The position numbers and the translations under genes were made by a program. From assembly GCA_002429085.1 (NCBI GenBank), contig DIYR01000215.1, positions 2,647 through 66,646 on the forward strand: DNA of 64,000 nt. The letters run 5' to 3'. The notes beneath the pieces were generated by a model. The model saw only the letters and a list, made by a program, of their open reading frames with translations, made no database searches and had not been told where the DNA came from. Shown piece after piece: positions 26,964 through 35,644 of this stretch. The DNA is from Flavobacteriales bacterium UBA6049 (lineage in GTDB: Bacteria; Bacteroidota; Bacteroidia; Flavobacteriales_G; Salibacteraceae). Every line of letters starts with the position of its first letter. The first letter of the stretch is position 1.

Positions 26964-28051
26964 CTATTTTACACGTTTCAACGCCAAAATCATGGCGAGG
27001 AGGAGAGCAGCAGATGGCTTATCTAATTTTGGAATTGAAAAAACTAGGAATCACTTCTCATGTGTTTTGTAGCGTAAATAGTGAAGTAGAGAAATTCTGT
27101 ATCAACAACAATATCTCATACAAAAGTACACCTGAAGTATTTGCTGTAAATCCAGTATTTGCTGCAAAGTTGAATTCATACAGTAAGCAGATCGGAGCAG
27201 ATTTGATACACGTACACGATTCACATGCGCATACTTTCGCTGTTATGGCGGCATCCATATTCGGAAGTAAACTACCTATCGTAGTGAGTCGAAGAGTAGA
27301 TTTTCCGATTTCAAAATCACCATTGTCTCGATATAAATACAATCACCAACAAGTAGAAGCCATTCTATGTGTATCAGATGCCATCAAAGCGATTATGCAC
27401 GAAGATGTTGAAAGGCCTGAACGATTAAAAACTGTCTACTCGGGTATTGACTTAGAGAAATTCCCTAGGTACAGTGGTAACTCTAAGCTCCGCAAAGAGT
27501 TTAATATCAATAGTAAATTCTTGATCGGAAATGTTGCCGCATTAGCTCCGCATAAAGACTATAGCACGTTTATTTCTGCTGCAAAATTGCTAATTGAAGA
27601 GTATCGATTAGATACGCATTTTGTCATTATTGGTGATGGTCCTTTGAAATCTGATGTAGAACAATGGGTAGAAAAATCAGGCATTTCAAACTACATCACC
27701 ATGACTGGTTTTAGATCTGATGTTCCAGAAATATTGCCTGAACTAGATGTATTTCTGATCACATCTGAAACTGAAGGTTTGGGCACTTCTATTTTGGATG
27801 CATTTGCCTGTGAAGTACCAGTGGTTGCTACTGCAGCTGGGGGAATTCCGGAAATTGTACACCACAAAGAAACTGGTTTACTAGCTCCGATTAAAGACTA
27901 CGATTCATTAGCTGAACTCGTTCATCAACTAGCGAAAGATGAGTCCTTACAAAAACACTTAATTGGAGGAGCATCACAATTATTACAGCGATTTACAAAA
28001 GAGTCTGTTGCAGAGCAAACTAAGGCTAGCTACGAAGCTTTACTTTCTTGA
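26960..28051 (+). CDS. Family 4 (GT-B) glycosyltransferase
   Basis: The ATG at 26960 overlaps the previous stop (ATGA). The C-terminal motif is EGLGTSILDAFACEVPVVATAAGGIPEIV. Confidence 0.85.
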   Translation: MTILHVSTPKSWRGGEQQMAYLILELKKLGITSHVFCSVNSEVEKFCINNNISYKSTPEVFAVNPVFAAKLNSYSKQIGADLIHVHDSHAHTFAVMAASIFGSKLPIVVSRRVDFPISKSPLSRYKYNHQQVEAILCVSDAIKAIMHEDVERPERLKTVYSGIDLEKFPRYSGNSKLRKEFNINSKFLIGNVAALAPHKDYSTFISAAKLLIEEYRLDTHFVIIGDGPLKSDVEQWVEKSGISNYITMTGFRSDVPEILPELDVFLITSETEGLGTSILDAFACEVPVVATAAGGIPEIVHHKETGLLAPIKDYDSLAELVHQLAKDESLQKHLIGGASQLLQRFTKESVAEQTKASYEALLS

Positions 28052-29601
28052 TTAACCCCAATTCCTTGATGAAGTAGGAAGAAGAAGAAAAAGGCAAAAA
28101 AAGTAACTCCTACCTGTGTTTCTAGCGTGTCCTCGTTCAGCATACTAATACCTGATATTAACCAGAAAAGAATATAAGCTGTAGTTCTACTTTTTTCGTT
28201 GAACCAGAACGGGCCAACGAATCCAACAAGGAACAATAGTAAGCCTCCAAATCCAAAAGTTAACCAGATTGTGAGGTACTGATTGTGCGCCCTTAATCGA
28301 AACGATTGTTCTAGATTTCCTAGCTCATCATATTTCTCATCAAATGCTAGCTGAACATCACCCGTTCCCACGCCTATTATGGGATTGTCTTTGATGATTT
28401 GCCATGCTGTTTTCCAATACACAAACCGTTGTGTTAGAGACCCTCCATCAGCACCATGTCCCATTGAATAGTGATCAACCTCCCAAATTGTAGCATATAC
28501 CCGTTTGAAGAATGGTCCTTTCTCCAAAAACAGATAATTAGTAACCCCGGATTCAATGGCAGCCACATCTGAATCTGATAACTTACTTACACCAACAGAA
28601 TCCTTTCTCAATCCCTTTGAAGACATATAGCGATGCACAGTTTCTAACAATGGAAGTGCTTCCCTATCTTGAGTGAATAATTGTTGAGAGCTCCGTTTTG
28701 CCCAATTCCTTGCAAGCTCATCCTGAGTAAGATAATACTTCACGAAATAGCCATTTTCCTTAATGGGATTACCCCATTCAAAATGATACCGCTCGCCTTG
28801 TTCTGAAAATTGATCGGCTTGTTGCCATTCTACATCTTTTACAGTGTAGAAGTCTTTGGCTATGTATACAGCATAACTAATCAGCACTATTAGTACTGAA
28901 ACAACACCCAAAGACAAGAGCTTCATTGTTTTACTCGCACTCGTTGATCGAAATTGCAAATAGGTCCAGTACAATGCTGCAGGAACTAATGCTACAATTC
29001 CAGAGAATGCATTCAAAACAAATAAGAATCCTAACAAGATCAATGCGGTTACAATAAGGGCTAGCCACTGAATAGAGTGCGTTCTAAACGACTTTGCATG
29101 AATAAGAGCCACAAAAAAGGCTAATATGGTCAGTAAACTCAAACGAATGTGTGAAATAAAAGGAGACCAATCTCTTTTATCTGTCAACTCATTTGCAATA
29201 CCATACACCACAGAAATGGCTGCTGCCGTAACTGCTGCTGCCAAGAAAAACCACCACACCCACTTTACTTCATTTTGTCTGAGTTTACACCCAGTTCCTA
29301 ATGCAATTGGCATAGCTAACAATGGTAGCTTAATGCGTAGATCTTTCATGGCATAGTCAAAATCTGTACTCCAGAGTATGCCTATAACATGCAATAAGTA
29401 AAAGGCCAAAATGGCTAAGCTTACTTTATTCTTTAGAAGCGCTTTTGCTCTATCAACAATACCAGGTTCAATGATCCATAATACTGATAGAGCAATTACA
29501 GATATGCTGATAACGGGTAATGAAAAAAACAACCCGATCACCAGTGTGATACAGAAAAAGAGATACGTGTACCTAAACCAAGATAACGGTAAGGGAATCA
29601 C
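28030..29601 (-). CDS. O-antigen ligase (Wzy_C)-like polytopic membrane protein with a periplasmic insert
   Basis: At least 10 TM helices, a large soluble loop, and an AHNQYL motif typical of O-antigen ligase-like proteins. Confidence 0.65.
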   Translation of the reverse strand: MIPLPLSWFRYTYLFFCITLVIGLFFSLPVISISVIALSVLWIIEPGIVDRAKALLKNKVSLAILAFYLLHVIGILWSTDFDYAMKDLRIKLPLLAMPIALGTGCKLRQNEVKWVWWFFLAAAVTAAAISVVYGIANELTDKRDWSPFISHIRLSLLTILAFFVALIHAKSFRTHSIQWLALIVTALILLGFLFVLNAFSGIVALVPAALYWTYLQFRSTSASKTMKLLSLGVVSVLIVLISYAVYIAKDFYTVKDVEWQQADQFSEQGERYHFEWGNPIKENGYFVKYYLTQDELARNWAKRSSQQLFTQDREALPLLETVHRYMSSKGLRKDSVGVSKLSDSDVAAIESGVTNYLFLEKGPFFKRVYATIWEVDHYSMGHGADGGSLTQRFVYWKTAWQIIKDNPIIGVGTGDVQLAFDEKYDELGNLEQSFRLRAHNQYLTIWLTFGFGGLLLFLVGFVGPFWFNEKSRTTAYILFWLISGISMLNEDTLETQVGVTFFAFFFFFLLHQGIGVNQESKAS

Positions 29602-29610
29602 TTATTGAAT

Positions 29611-31302
29611 CTAGTTTTTCTCCGTTGAAGTACTAATTGTTCCTGCTAAAACTCCTTCGTATGTTGGCATATCACCTAATACATTTTTGGCTTTTGCTAG
29701 GTCTTTATCTTCAGCTAAAGAAGACTGAATTCGTCCTGTTTGATAGTAGTAACGAGAAATTATTTCGTTTTCAAGCAACATAGAAATCTGATCACGGTAT
29801 GTTTTCACATCTTGTGCCTTGTTATGATGCATTGCCTCTTTCAGCTCCATGAATTCATCTTCAATTTCCTCGAAATACTGTTCGTTCTTGGTAGCTTCTT
29901 TCAGTTTATCAAGCATCTGTTCTGTACGAGTAGTATATTCAAACTCTTGAGTACTTAACCAAGTAGAGAATGCTTCGTAATCTGCATCAGACAAATGAAA
30001 CTCTGCTGCTGGTGTTATGCTCTCGTTTTCTAACTTAAACTTGGTAGCATAATCAAACAACAAGTTCTTACGCACCAAAGTAGCGGTAATTAAAGCAATA
30101 TCATCATCTTCAATTGTATAGTCTGGTTCAATTCCAGCACCATCTAATACTGTTCTTCCGTTCTTTGTTTTATATGCCGTACGTAATGAATCTGGCACCG
30201 CTTCTGCTTTACCGTCTTCATCTTTGTGAGAGTAATCTAAGCGTTGAATACAACGACCACTTGGTGTATAATACTTCGCAACAGTAACTTTCAGTTTCGT
30301 ATTGTAACTCAGATCACGTGTTTGTTGAACCAAACCTTTACCAAATGAATTTTCACCTATCACAACCGCTCTATCTAAATCTTGTAACGTTCCTGATACA
30401 ATTTCAGATGCAGATGCAGAACCTCTATCAATCAACACTACAATCGGAATTTCTAAATCAATTGGATCATTCATCGTACGATGGCTCTTGTCCCAATCTT
30501 TTACTTTTCCTTTTGTAAATACTACTTCCTGATTTTTAGGAACGAATAGGTTTACAATGTTCACTGCTTCACGAAGCAATCCACCACCGTTACCTCGTAA
30601 ATCTAATACCAATGAAGTAATACCCTTGTTGTCTTTCAAATCAACCAAAGCTTCGCGTACTTCTCTACTTGCTGTTTCTGTGAAACCAGTCAATTTGATG
30701 TATCCAACTCCATCACCTACCTCAGCGTAGTAAGGAACATCATTGATTTTTACTTTTTCACGAGTAATTGAGACATCCAAAGGATCATCCGTTCCCGGAC
30801 GCTCAATTGTAAGTAATAGCTCCGTACCTGGTTGACCACGTAAAACATCACTGATTTCAGATGATTTTTTGCCTTTAGCATCCTTGCCGTCTACCTTTAA
30901 GATTTTGTCTCCTGCCATCAAACCTGCCTTTTGTGCTGGCATGTTCTCGTATGGCTCAGAAATCATTACATACTCTCCATTCTTACGGATCAATGCACCA
31001 ATACCACCATATTGCCCAGTTGTCATGAATCGATAATCTTCAATATCGCTTTCTGGGTAATATACCGTGTATGGATCTAGTGATTTCAACATGGCATCGA
31101 TTCCCGTTTTCATCAACTCTCCTGGTTGTGTTTCATCTACGTAAAACACATTGATCTCTTTATAAAGAGTGGTGAAAATATCTAGGTTCTTAGATACGTT
31201 GAAATAATCTTCAGAAGTTGGAGTAAAGCGCAATGTAAGGCCAGCAATTGCCACCACCGATGCACTAATTATGAGGTGCTTTTTTTGTAATCGAAACTTC
31301 AT
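29611..31302 (-). CDS. S41 family C-terminal processing peptidase
   Basis: PDZ segment and the catalytic motifs GNGGG and SASASE. ATG at 31302 (MKFRLQKK...), which avoids overlapping rnpA. Confidence 0.85.
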   Translation of the reverse strand: MKFRLQKKHLIISASVVAIAGLTLRFTPTSEDYFNVSKNLDIFTTLYKEINVFYVDETQPGELMKTGIDAMLKSLDPYTVYYPESDIEDYRFMTTGQYGGIGALIRKNGEYVMISEPYENMPAQKAGLMAGDKILKVDGKDAKGKKSSEISDVLRGQPGTELLLTIERPGTDDPLDVSITREKVKINDVPYYAEVGDGVGYIKLTGFTETASREVREALVDLKDNKGITSLVLDLRGNGGGLLREAVNIVNLFVPKNQEVVFTKGKVKDWDKSHRTMNDPIDLEIPIVVLIDRGSASASEIVSGTLQDLDRAVVIGENSFGKGLVQQTRDLSYNTKLKVTVAKYYTPSGRCIQRLDYSHKDEDGKAEAVPDSLRTAYKTKNGRTVLDGAGIEPDYTIEDDDIALITATLVRKNLLFDYATKFKLENESITPAAEFHLSDADYEAFSTWLSTQEFEYTTRTEQMLDKLKEATKNEQYFEEIEDEFMELKEAMHHNKAQDVKTYRDQISMLLENEIISRYYYQTGRIQSSLAEDKDLAKAKNVLGDMPTYEGVLAGTISTSTEKN

Positions 31303-31316
31303 TGTGCTGAAATGAA

Positions 31317-31715
31317 TTATGATTCTTGATCTACGAAGGATTCGCAGCATTGTTCTAAACGTTGTAAAGTTAGGATTATTTTATCCTGAAGCCTAGTAAA
31401 TTCAGGCAGTTCACGTCCTGTAAAGAGGAACATTACACGAACGGTAAGTTGGTGCTTTTTAACATTTTCTGTCAGGTTTTGCTTATTCAAGCGATATCCT
31501 TCTCGTAGTAACCGCTTGATACGGTTTCTATCTACTGCATGTTTAAACTTTCGTTTAGGTACAGAAAACATGACAGTTACACCTGGATTTTCAGATGGAT
31601 GAATCTCATAAATAGCACGTACTGGATGATGTGCAAACGACTCACCTTTTTTGAGTAACGATTGAATCTCGTCTCGTTTATGGATGATTTCTGATTTGGG
31701 TAACCCTTTACTCAT
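31317..31715 (-). CDS. rnpA: Ribonuclease P protein component
   Basis: Small basic protein with the A-V-x-RN-x-I-KR-x-LRE motif (AVDRNRIKRLLRE). Confidence 0.85.
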   Translation of the reverse strand: MSKGLPKSEIIHKRDEIQSLLKKGESFAHHPVRAIYEIHPSENPGVTVMFSVPKRKFKHAVDRNRIKRLLREGYRLNKQNLTENVKKHQLTVRVMFLFTGRELPEFTRLQDKIILTLQRLEQCCESFVDQES

Positions 31716-31720
31716 GGCAC

Positions 31721-31756
31721 AAAAAAAGGGGAATCCAACAATTGGTGTTCCCCTTT
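31721..31756 (-). terminator. Rho-independent terminator after the hemD-like gene
   Basis: On the minus strand: AAAGGGGAAcaCCAAttgTTGGaTTCCCC followed by T7. Confidence 0.65.
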
Positions 31757-31764
31757 CAAAAGTA
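31757..31764 (-). promoter_or_regulatory. -7 promoter box TACTTTTG abutting the terminator
   Basis: Perfect TAnnTTTG on the minus strand, 3 nt upstream of the hairpin stem and 41 nt upstream of the rnpA ATG. Confidence 0.3.
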
Positions 31765-31776
31765 TGATGTTGTTTC

Positions 31777-32523
31777 TTACTTCTTGTTTACTTCCTTCAC
31801 GTAATTCTCAATAGCCATCGTCATTGATGGAGCATTTTGAGTTGGTGCCTGAATGTCTACTCTCAATCCAGCTTCTTCAACTGCTTTCATGGTTGTAGGC
31901 CCAAAGGCTGCAATACGTGTTTTATTCTGCTTAAAATCTGGGAAGTTCTTTAACAATGACTCAATTCCAGCTGGGCTAAAGAATACCAATACATCATAGT
32001 ATACGTCTTCTAGGTCGCTCAAATCTGAACAAACAGTATGATACAATACTGCCTTTGAGTAATGGAATCCAGCTTTATCCATCATTTCAGGAATCTCTTT
32101 TTTCAAGATATCTGAACATGGCAACAAGAATTTCTCTTGCTTATGCTTTTTCATTACTTCCATTAAATCTGCAAAACGTTGCTTACCGTGAAAAATCTTA
32201 CGCTTACGGTAAACCATGTATTTCTGTAAATAGTATGCCGTAGATTCTGAAATACAGAAGTACTTCATCCCTTCAGGTACTGTAACGCGCATTTCTTCTG
32301 CCATACGGAAGAAGTGATCTACTGCATTACGACTCGTGAAGATAACTGCACTGTGCTCTAAAATGGATATACGCTGCTTTCTGAATTCTTGAACTGAAAT
32401 GCCCTCAACGTGGATAAATGGGCGGAAATCAATCTTCAGTTTGTACTTCTTCGCTAGGTCGAAGTATGGTGAACGATCACTTTCTGGTTTTGGCTGCGAT
32501 ACCAAGATGCTTTTTACCTTCAA
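31777..32523 (-). CDS. Uroporphyrinogen-III synthase family protein (TTG start)
   Basis: KVKSILVSQPKPE...FRPFIHVEG...IFTSRNAVDHFF fits the HemD fold pattern. The first codon is TTG. Confidence 0.75.
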   Translation of the reverse strand: MKVKSILVSQPKPESDRSPYFDLAKKYKLKIDFRPFIHVEGISVQEFRKQRISILEHSAVIFTSRNAVDHFFRMAEEMRVTVPEGMKYFCISESTAYYLQKYMVYRKRKIFHGKQRFADLMEVMKKHKQEKFLLPCSDILKKEIPEMMDKAGFHYSKAVLYHTVCSDLSDLEDVYYDVLVFFSPAGIESLLKNFPDFKQNKTRIAAFGPTTMKAVEEAGLRVDIQAPTQNAPSMTMAIENYVKEVNKK

Positions 32524-32564
32524 AATCCTGCTATTTTTCTATACCGTTCGATGCGATGGATCAA

Positions 32565-33413
32565 CTACTTGACGAGCCAAGCGTATACCGCAACGAGAGG
32601 TAAAATTTCAAGGCTGCAAAGGTACAAAATAATGTAGAAGGGTGAAAAGCTTGTTTGAGTTACTCCCAAATAACCCAGCTTTACTACTCTACTAATGAAC
32701 AGCGTAACAGCTATTGCAATCACTAAAACAATGTAAATAGCATCACTCCAAAAGGTGGCATACGCTTGCATAAGCACTAATGGGAAAAAGAGCAATGCAG
32801 CGGCTTGCACAAAAATAAGTTCATTAAACACATAAACTGGAGCAAATGAATAAGATGTCAGCAAGAAATTCCCCAATTGTACGGTCAACAATCGAACAAA
32901 GAACAAAACGATCATCCCAAAGAACAACCACAAGAATTGCACAAACTGAGGCTCTGCACTTACTCCTAGCAAACTAGTTATCCAAGGTACTTCTTGTACT
33001 CCAAGAGCAAGAATGACAAAGCTTGTGAGTAACAACCAAATATTCACATGGCTTCCAAGTAAACCTTCTTCGCGAATCCATTGCTCCACAAAACGATTAG
33101 AGAAAAAACTGTCTACCAACTGCCCCATTCTCCTAGGTTGATCTCTTTTTAGCCAAGCCCAGATTACTAGTACAAACAGCAGTAACCAGAAAACAAATCC
33201 TCCAGTGGGTGTTGCTTTTTGCTGAAACACCAAGTTTGGGAACACGTCATTGTTCTCTACTAACTCAAACGGGTAAGCCCCCAATTCTTCTACCTTCCAA
33301 GGCTCATTGGCCTGGAGTAAATAAAACGGAATGTTTTGAGAAATGCTATCGTTATGGAGACTGTCTAAAATCACAGAAAAACAAATGTATACCGTGCCTG
33401 TTAAACTCCACAT
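32565..33413 (-). CDS. DUF4271-like membrane protein
   Basis: Six TM helices. From memory, its position upstream of the hemD-like gene is conserved in Flavobacteriia. Confidence 0.55.
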   Translation of the reverse strand: MWSLTGTVYICFSVILDSLHNDSISQNIPFYLLQANEPWKVEELGAYPFELVENNDVFPNLVFQQKATPTGGFVFWLLLFVLVIWAWLKRDQPRRMGQLVDSFFSNRFVEQWIREEGLLGSHVNIWLLLTSFVILALGVQEVPWITSLLGVSAEPQFVQFLWLFFGMIVLFFVRLLTVQLGNFLLTSYSFAPVYVFNELIFVQAAALLFFPLVLMQAYATFWSDAIYIVLVIAIAVTLFISRVVKLGYLGVTQTSFSPFYIILYLCSLEILPLVAVYAWLVK

Positions 33414-33443
33414 AGCAAAGGGCGAAAAAGCCGTCTAATTGTA

Positions 33444-33451
33444 TAGCTTTG
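33444..33451 (+). promoter_or_regulatory. -7 promoter box TAGCTTTG
   Basis: Perfect TAnnTTTG, 24 nt upstream of the ATG at 33476. It overlaps the TTG at 33449 used by the ORF track, which argues for the ATG start. Confidence 0.4.
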
Positions 33452-33475
33452 AAGCCCGAAAAAAGAGATGAAATC

Positions 33476-34651
33476 ATGGCAGATAGATACGAAGCCCACG
33501 ATTATTTGTTGTTAGATGAGTTCTTAACAGAAGAACAAAAATTGATGCGCGATTCTTTACGTGCATGGTTAAAGAAAGATGTATCTCCAATTATTGAAGA
33601 TTACTACGAGCGCGCTGAATTCCCAACGCAAATCGTTCAAGGATTGGCTGATCACGGATGTTTCGGTCCTTACATCCCTCAAGAGTATGGTGGTGCTGGT
33701 TTAGACCAAATCACATACGGATTGCTGATGCAAGAGTTAGAAAGAGTTGATTCTGGTATTCGTTCAACGTCTTCTGTACAGTCTTCTTTGGTAATGTATC
33801 CAATTTGGAAATACGGATCTGAAGAGCAAAAGCAAAAGTTCTTACCAAAGTTAGCATCTGGTGAAATGATTGGATGTTTTGGGTTGACTGAGCCAGATCA
33901 TGGTTCTAACCCAGGCGGAATGATCACCAACTTTAAAGACATGGGAGATCACTACCTATTGAACGGTGCTAAAATGTGGATCTCTAATTCTCCAATTGCA
34001 GGTGTTGCTGTTGTTTGGGCGAAGAACGAAGAAGGTAGAGTTCACGGTTTATTAGTAGAAAAAGGCATGGAAGGATTTACAGCTCCTGAAATGCACGGTA
34101 AGCACTCTTTGAGAGCTTCTATTACTGGTGAGTTGATTTTTGATAACGTAAAAGTTCCTAAGGAAAACTTATTACCAGGAAGAAACGGATTGGGTGCTCC
34201 ATTATCTTGTTTGGATAGCGCTCGCTACGGTATTGCTTGGGGAGCTATTGGTGCTGCTTTAGATTGCTACGATTCTGCATTACGCTATAGTAAAGAGCGT
34301 ATTCAGTTTGGTAAGCCAATTGGTGGTTTCCAATTAACTCAGAAGAAATTAGCTGAGATGATTACAGAAATCTCTAAAGCACAGGCATTGACATTGCGTG
34401 TAGGTCAGTTAAGAGAAGAAGGAAGAGCAACATCAGCTCAAATCTCTATGGCTAAGCGTAACAATGTTGATATGGCATTGAAAGTAGCTCGTGAAGCACG
34501 CCAAATTCATGGTGGAATGGGTATTACAAACGAATATCCAATTATGCGTCACATGGCTAACTTAGAATCTGTAGTGACTTACGAAGGAACACACGACATT
34601 CATTTGTTGATTACTGGTTTAGATGTAACTGGTTTGAATGCGTTTGTATAA
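33476..34651 (+). CDS. Acyl-CoA dehydrogenase (glutaryl-CoA dehydrogenase-like)
   Basis: ACAD motifs GCFGLTEPDHGSNP and a C-terminal YEGTHDIH-type segment (TYEGTHDIHLL). Confidence 0.85.
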   Translation: MADRYEAHDYLLLDEFLTEEQKLMRDSLRAWLKKDVSPIIEDYYERAEFPTQIVQGLADHGCFGPYIPQEYGGAGLDQITYGLLMQELERVDSGIRSTSSVQSSLVMYPIWKYGSEEQKQKFLPKLASGEMIGCFGLTEPDHGSNPGGMITNFKDMGDHYLLNGAKMWISNSPIAGVAVVWAKNEEGRVHGLLVEKGMEGFTAPEMHGKHSLRASITGELIFDNVKVPKENLLPGRNGLGAPLSCLDSARYGIAWGAIGAALDCYDSALRYSKERIQFGKPIGGFQLTQKKLAEMITEISKAQALTLRVGQLREEGRATSAQISMAKRNNVDMALKVAREARQIHGGMGITNEYPIMRHMANLESVVTYEGTHDIHLLITGLDVTGLNAFV

Positions 34652-34666
34652 ACGACAGAAAACATT

Positions 34667-34705
34667 AAAAAAAGCTGTAATGAATAATCATTACAGCTTT
34701 TTTTG
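34667..34705. terminator. Bidirectional rho-independent terminator
   Basis: AGCTGTAATGA ataa TCATTACAGCT, flanked by an A run on the left and a T run on the right, between convergent genes. Confidence 0.75.
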
Positions 34706-34724
34706 TTCTATCGTATTTGTGAAA

Positions 34725-35396
34725 CTATTTACCAACCTCGGATTGCCAACTGCGATATGCACTTAATAGACCCAGTGCATAAAAATCATTTCTAATGGCG
34801 TATCCTGGATGAAAGTATTTAATTATTAGCTGATCTCCCATCCAAAAAGACTTTTTTGGTATTGTTTTATCAAAGTAAACTTTCTTTAGGTTAGCTATAT
34901 TATACTTTTCCTTTAGCAAAGGATGTATAATATCATAAGTCCCTCCGCAAATTACAATGTTCGGATTGATTTCGTCTAATTGAGCTCGTAGTATGTCTTT
35001 TTGTACTCCATAGTGAGCTTTTAAAGTTTTTATTTTCGATTGAGCCCCACCTCCAAACTTGTTTACATTCACAACTGCACAGTGCCGAAAACTTATCAAG
35101 CTCTCTTGAACAGAAGGGTTGTATTCTCCAGTCACTATTGAGTTTACTCCTAATATCAATCGATTATATGTTTTCCCCCAATTATTGTCAACCTTTCTGC
35201 GTGTAATCCACTTTTGAAAAATTTTATTTATTGGTCGAATCTCTTCTGTGTTATCTCCGAGATTCACTTCCTTTAATACAACCAAAATTCGAAATGGAGA
35301 TTTCACAAACGTTTCATCGTCAATTATCCCATCTTTTACTAATCGTCTACTTTGACTCTTCTTTAGTTGTTCGAGAAGTTCGGTGCTAGTTTCCAT
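34725..35396 (-). CDS. Hypothetical protein with a uracil-DNA-glycosylase-superfamily-like layout
   Basis: 223-aa ORF isolated between two terminators. The strand order ILVVLKEVN / AVVNVNKFGG / NIVICGG / IIKYFHPGYAIRN resembles the UDG fold with a motif-B-like HPGY. Assignment rests on motif reading only. Confidence 0.5.
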   Translation of the reverse strand: METSTELLEQLKKSQSRRLVKDGIIDDETFVKSPFRILVVLKEVNLGDNTEEIRPINKIFQKWITRRKVDNNWGKTYNRLILGVNSIVTGEYNPSVQESLISFRHCAVVNVNKFGGGAQSKIKTLKAHYGVQKDILRAQLDEINPNIVICGGTYDIIHPLLKEKYNIANLKKVYFDKTIPKKSFWMGDQLIIKYFHPGYAIRNDFYALGLLSAYRSWQSEVGK

Positions 35397-35472
35397 AATA
35401 CATGTTTTCTCTAATCCATTTATTTCCGTGTATTAAGTTATGACCTAGTCCAATTCAGTCAACGTAAATCAC

Positions 35473-35508
35473 AAAAAAATCCCGCTCTTTTTAGAACGGG
35501 ATTTTTTT
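35473..35508 (-). terminator. Rho-independent terminator (bidirectional shape)
   Basis: AAAAAAATCCCGcTCTttttAGAaCGGGATTTTTTT. It ends the ispB-like transcription unit. Confidence 0.7.
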
Positions 35509-35527
35509 ATGTCTTGTAATTTCGAAG

Positions 35528-35641
35528 TTATCTCTTCGATTCGTGTTTTACGCGAACTGATGCGATACTGATATCAGCAATGAGCTTTCCTATCAACACA
35601 ATCATTCCTAATCCCAATAAAGTTAATGCTGCTATTATCAT
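35528..35641 (-). CDS. Candidate 37-aa small membrane protein
   Basis: Hand translation gives MIIAALTLLGLGMIVLIGKLIADISIASVRVKHESKR. The ATG starts 3 nt after the polyprenyl synthase stop. The terminator begins about 20 nt after its TAA. It falls below the ORF track size cutoff. Confidence 0.4.
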   Translation of the reverse strand: MIIAALTLLGLGMIVLIGKLIADISIASVRVKHESKR

Positions 35642-35644
35642 GGT

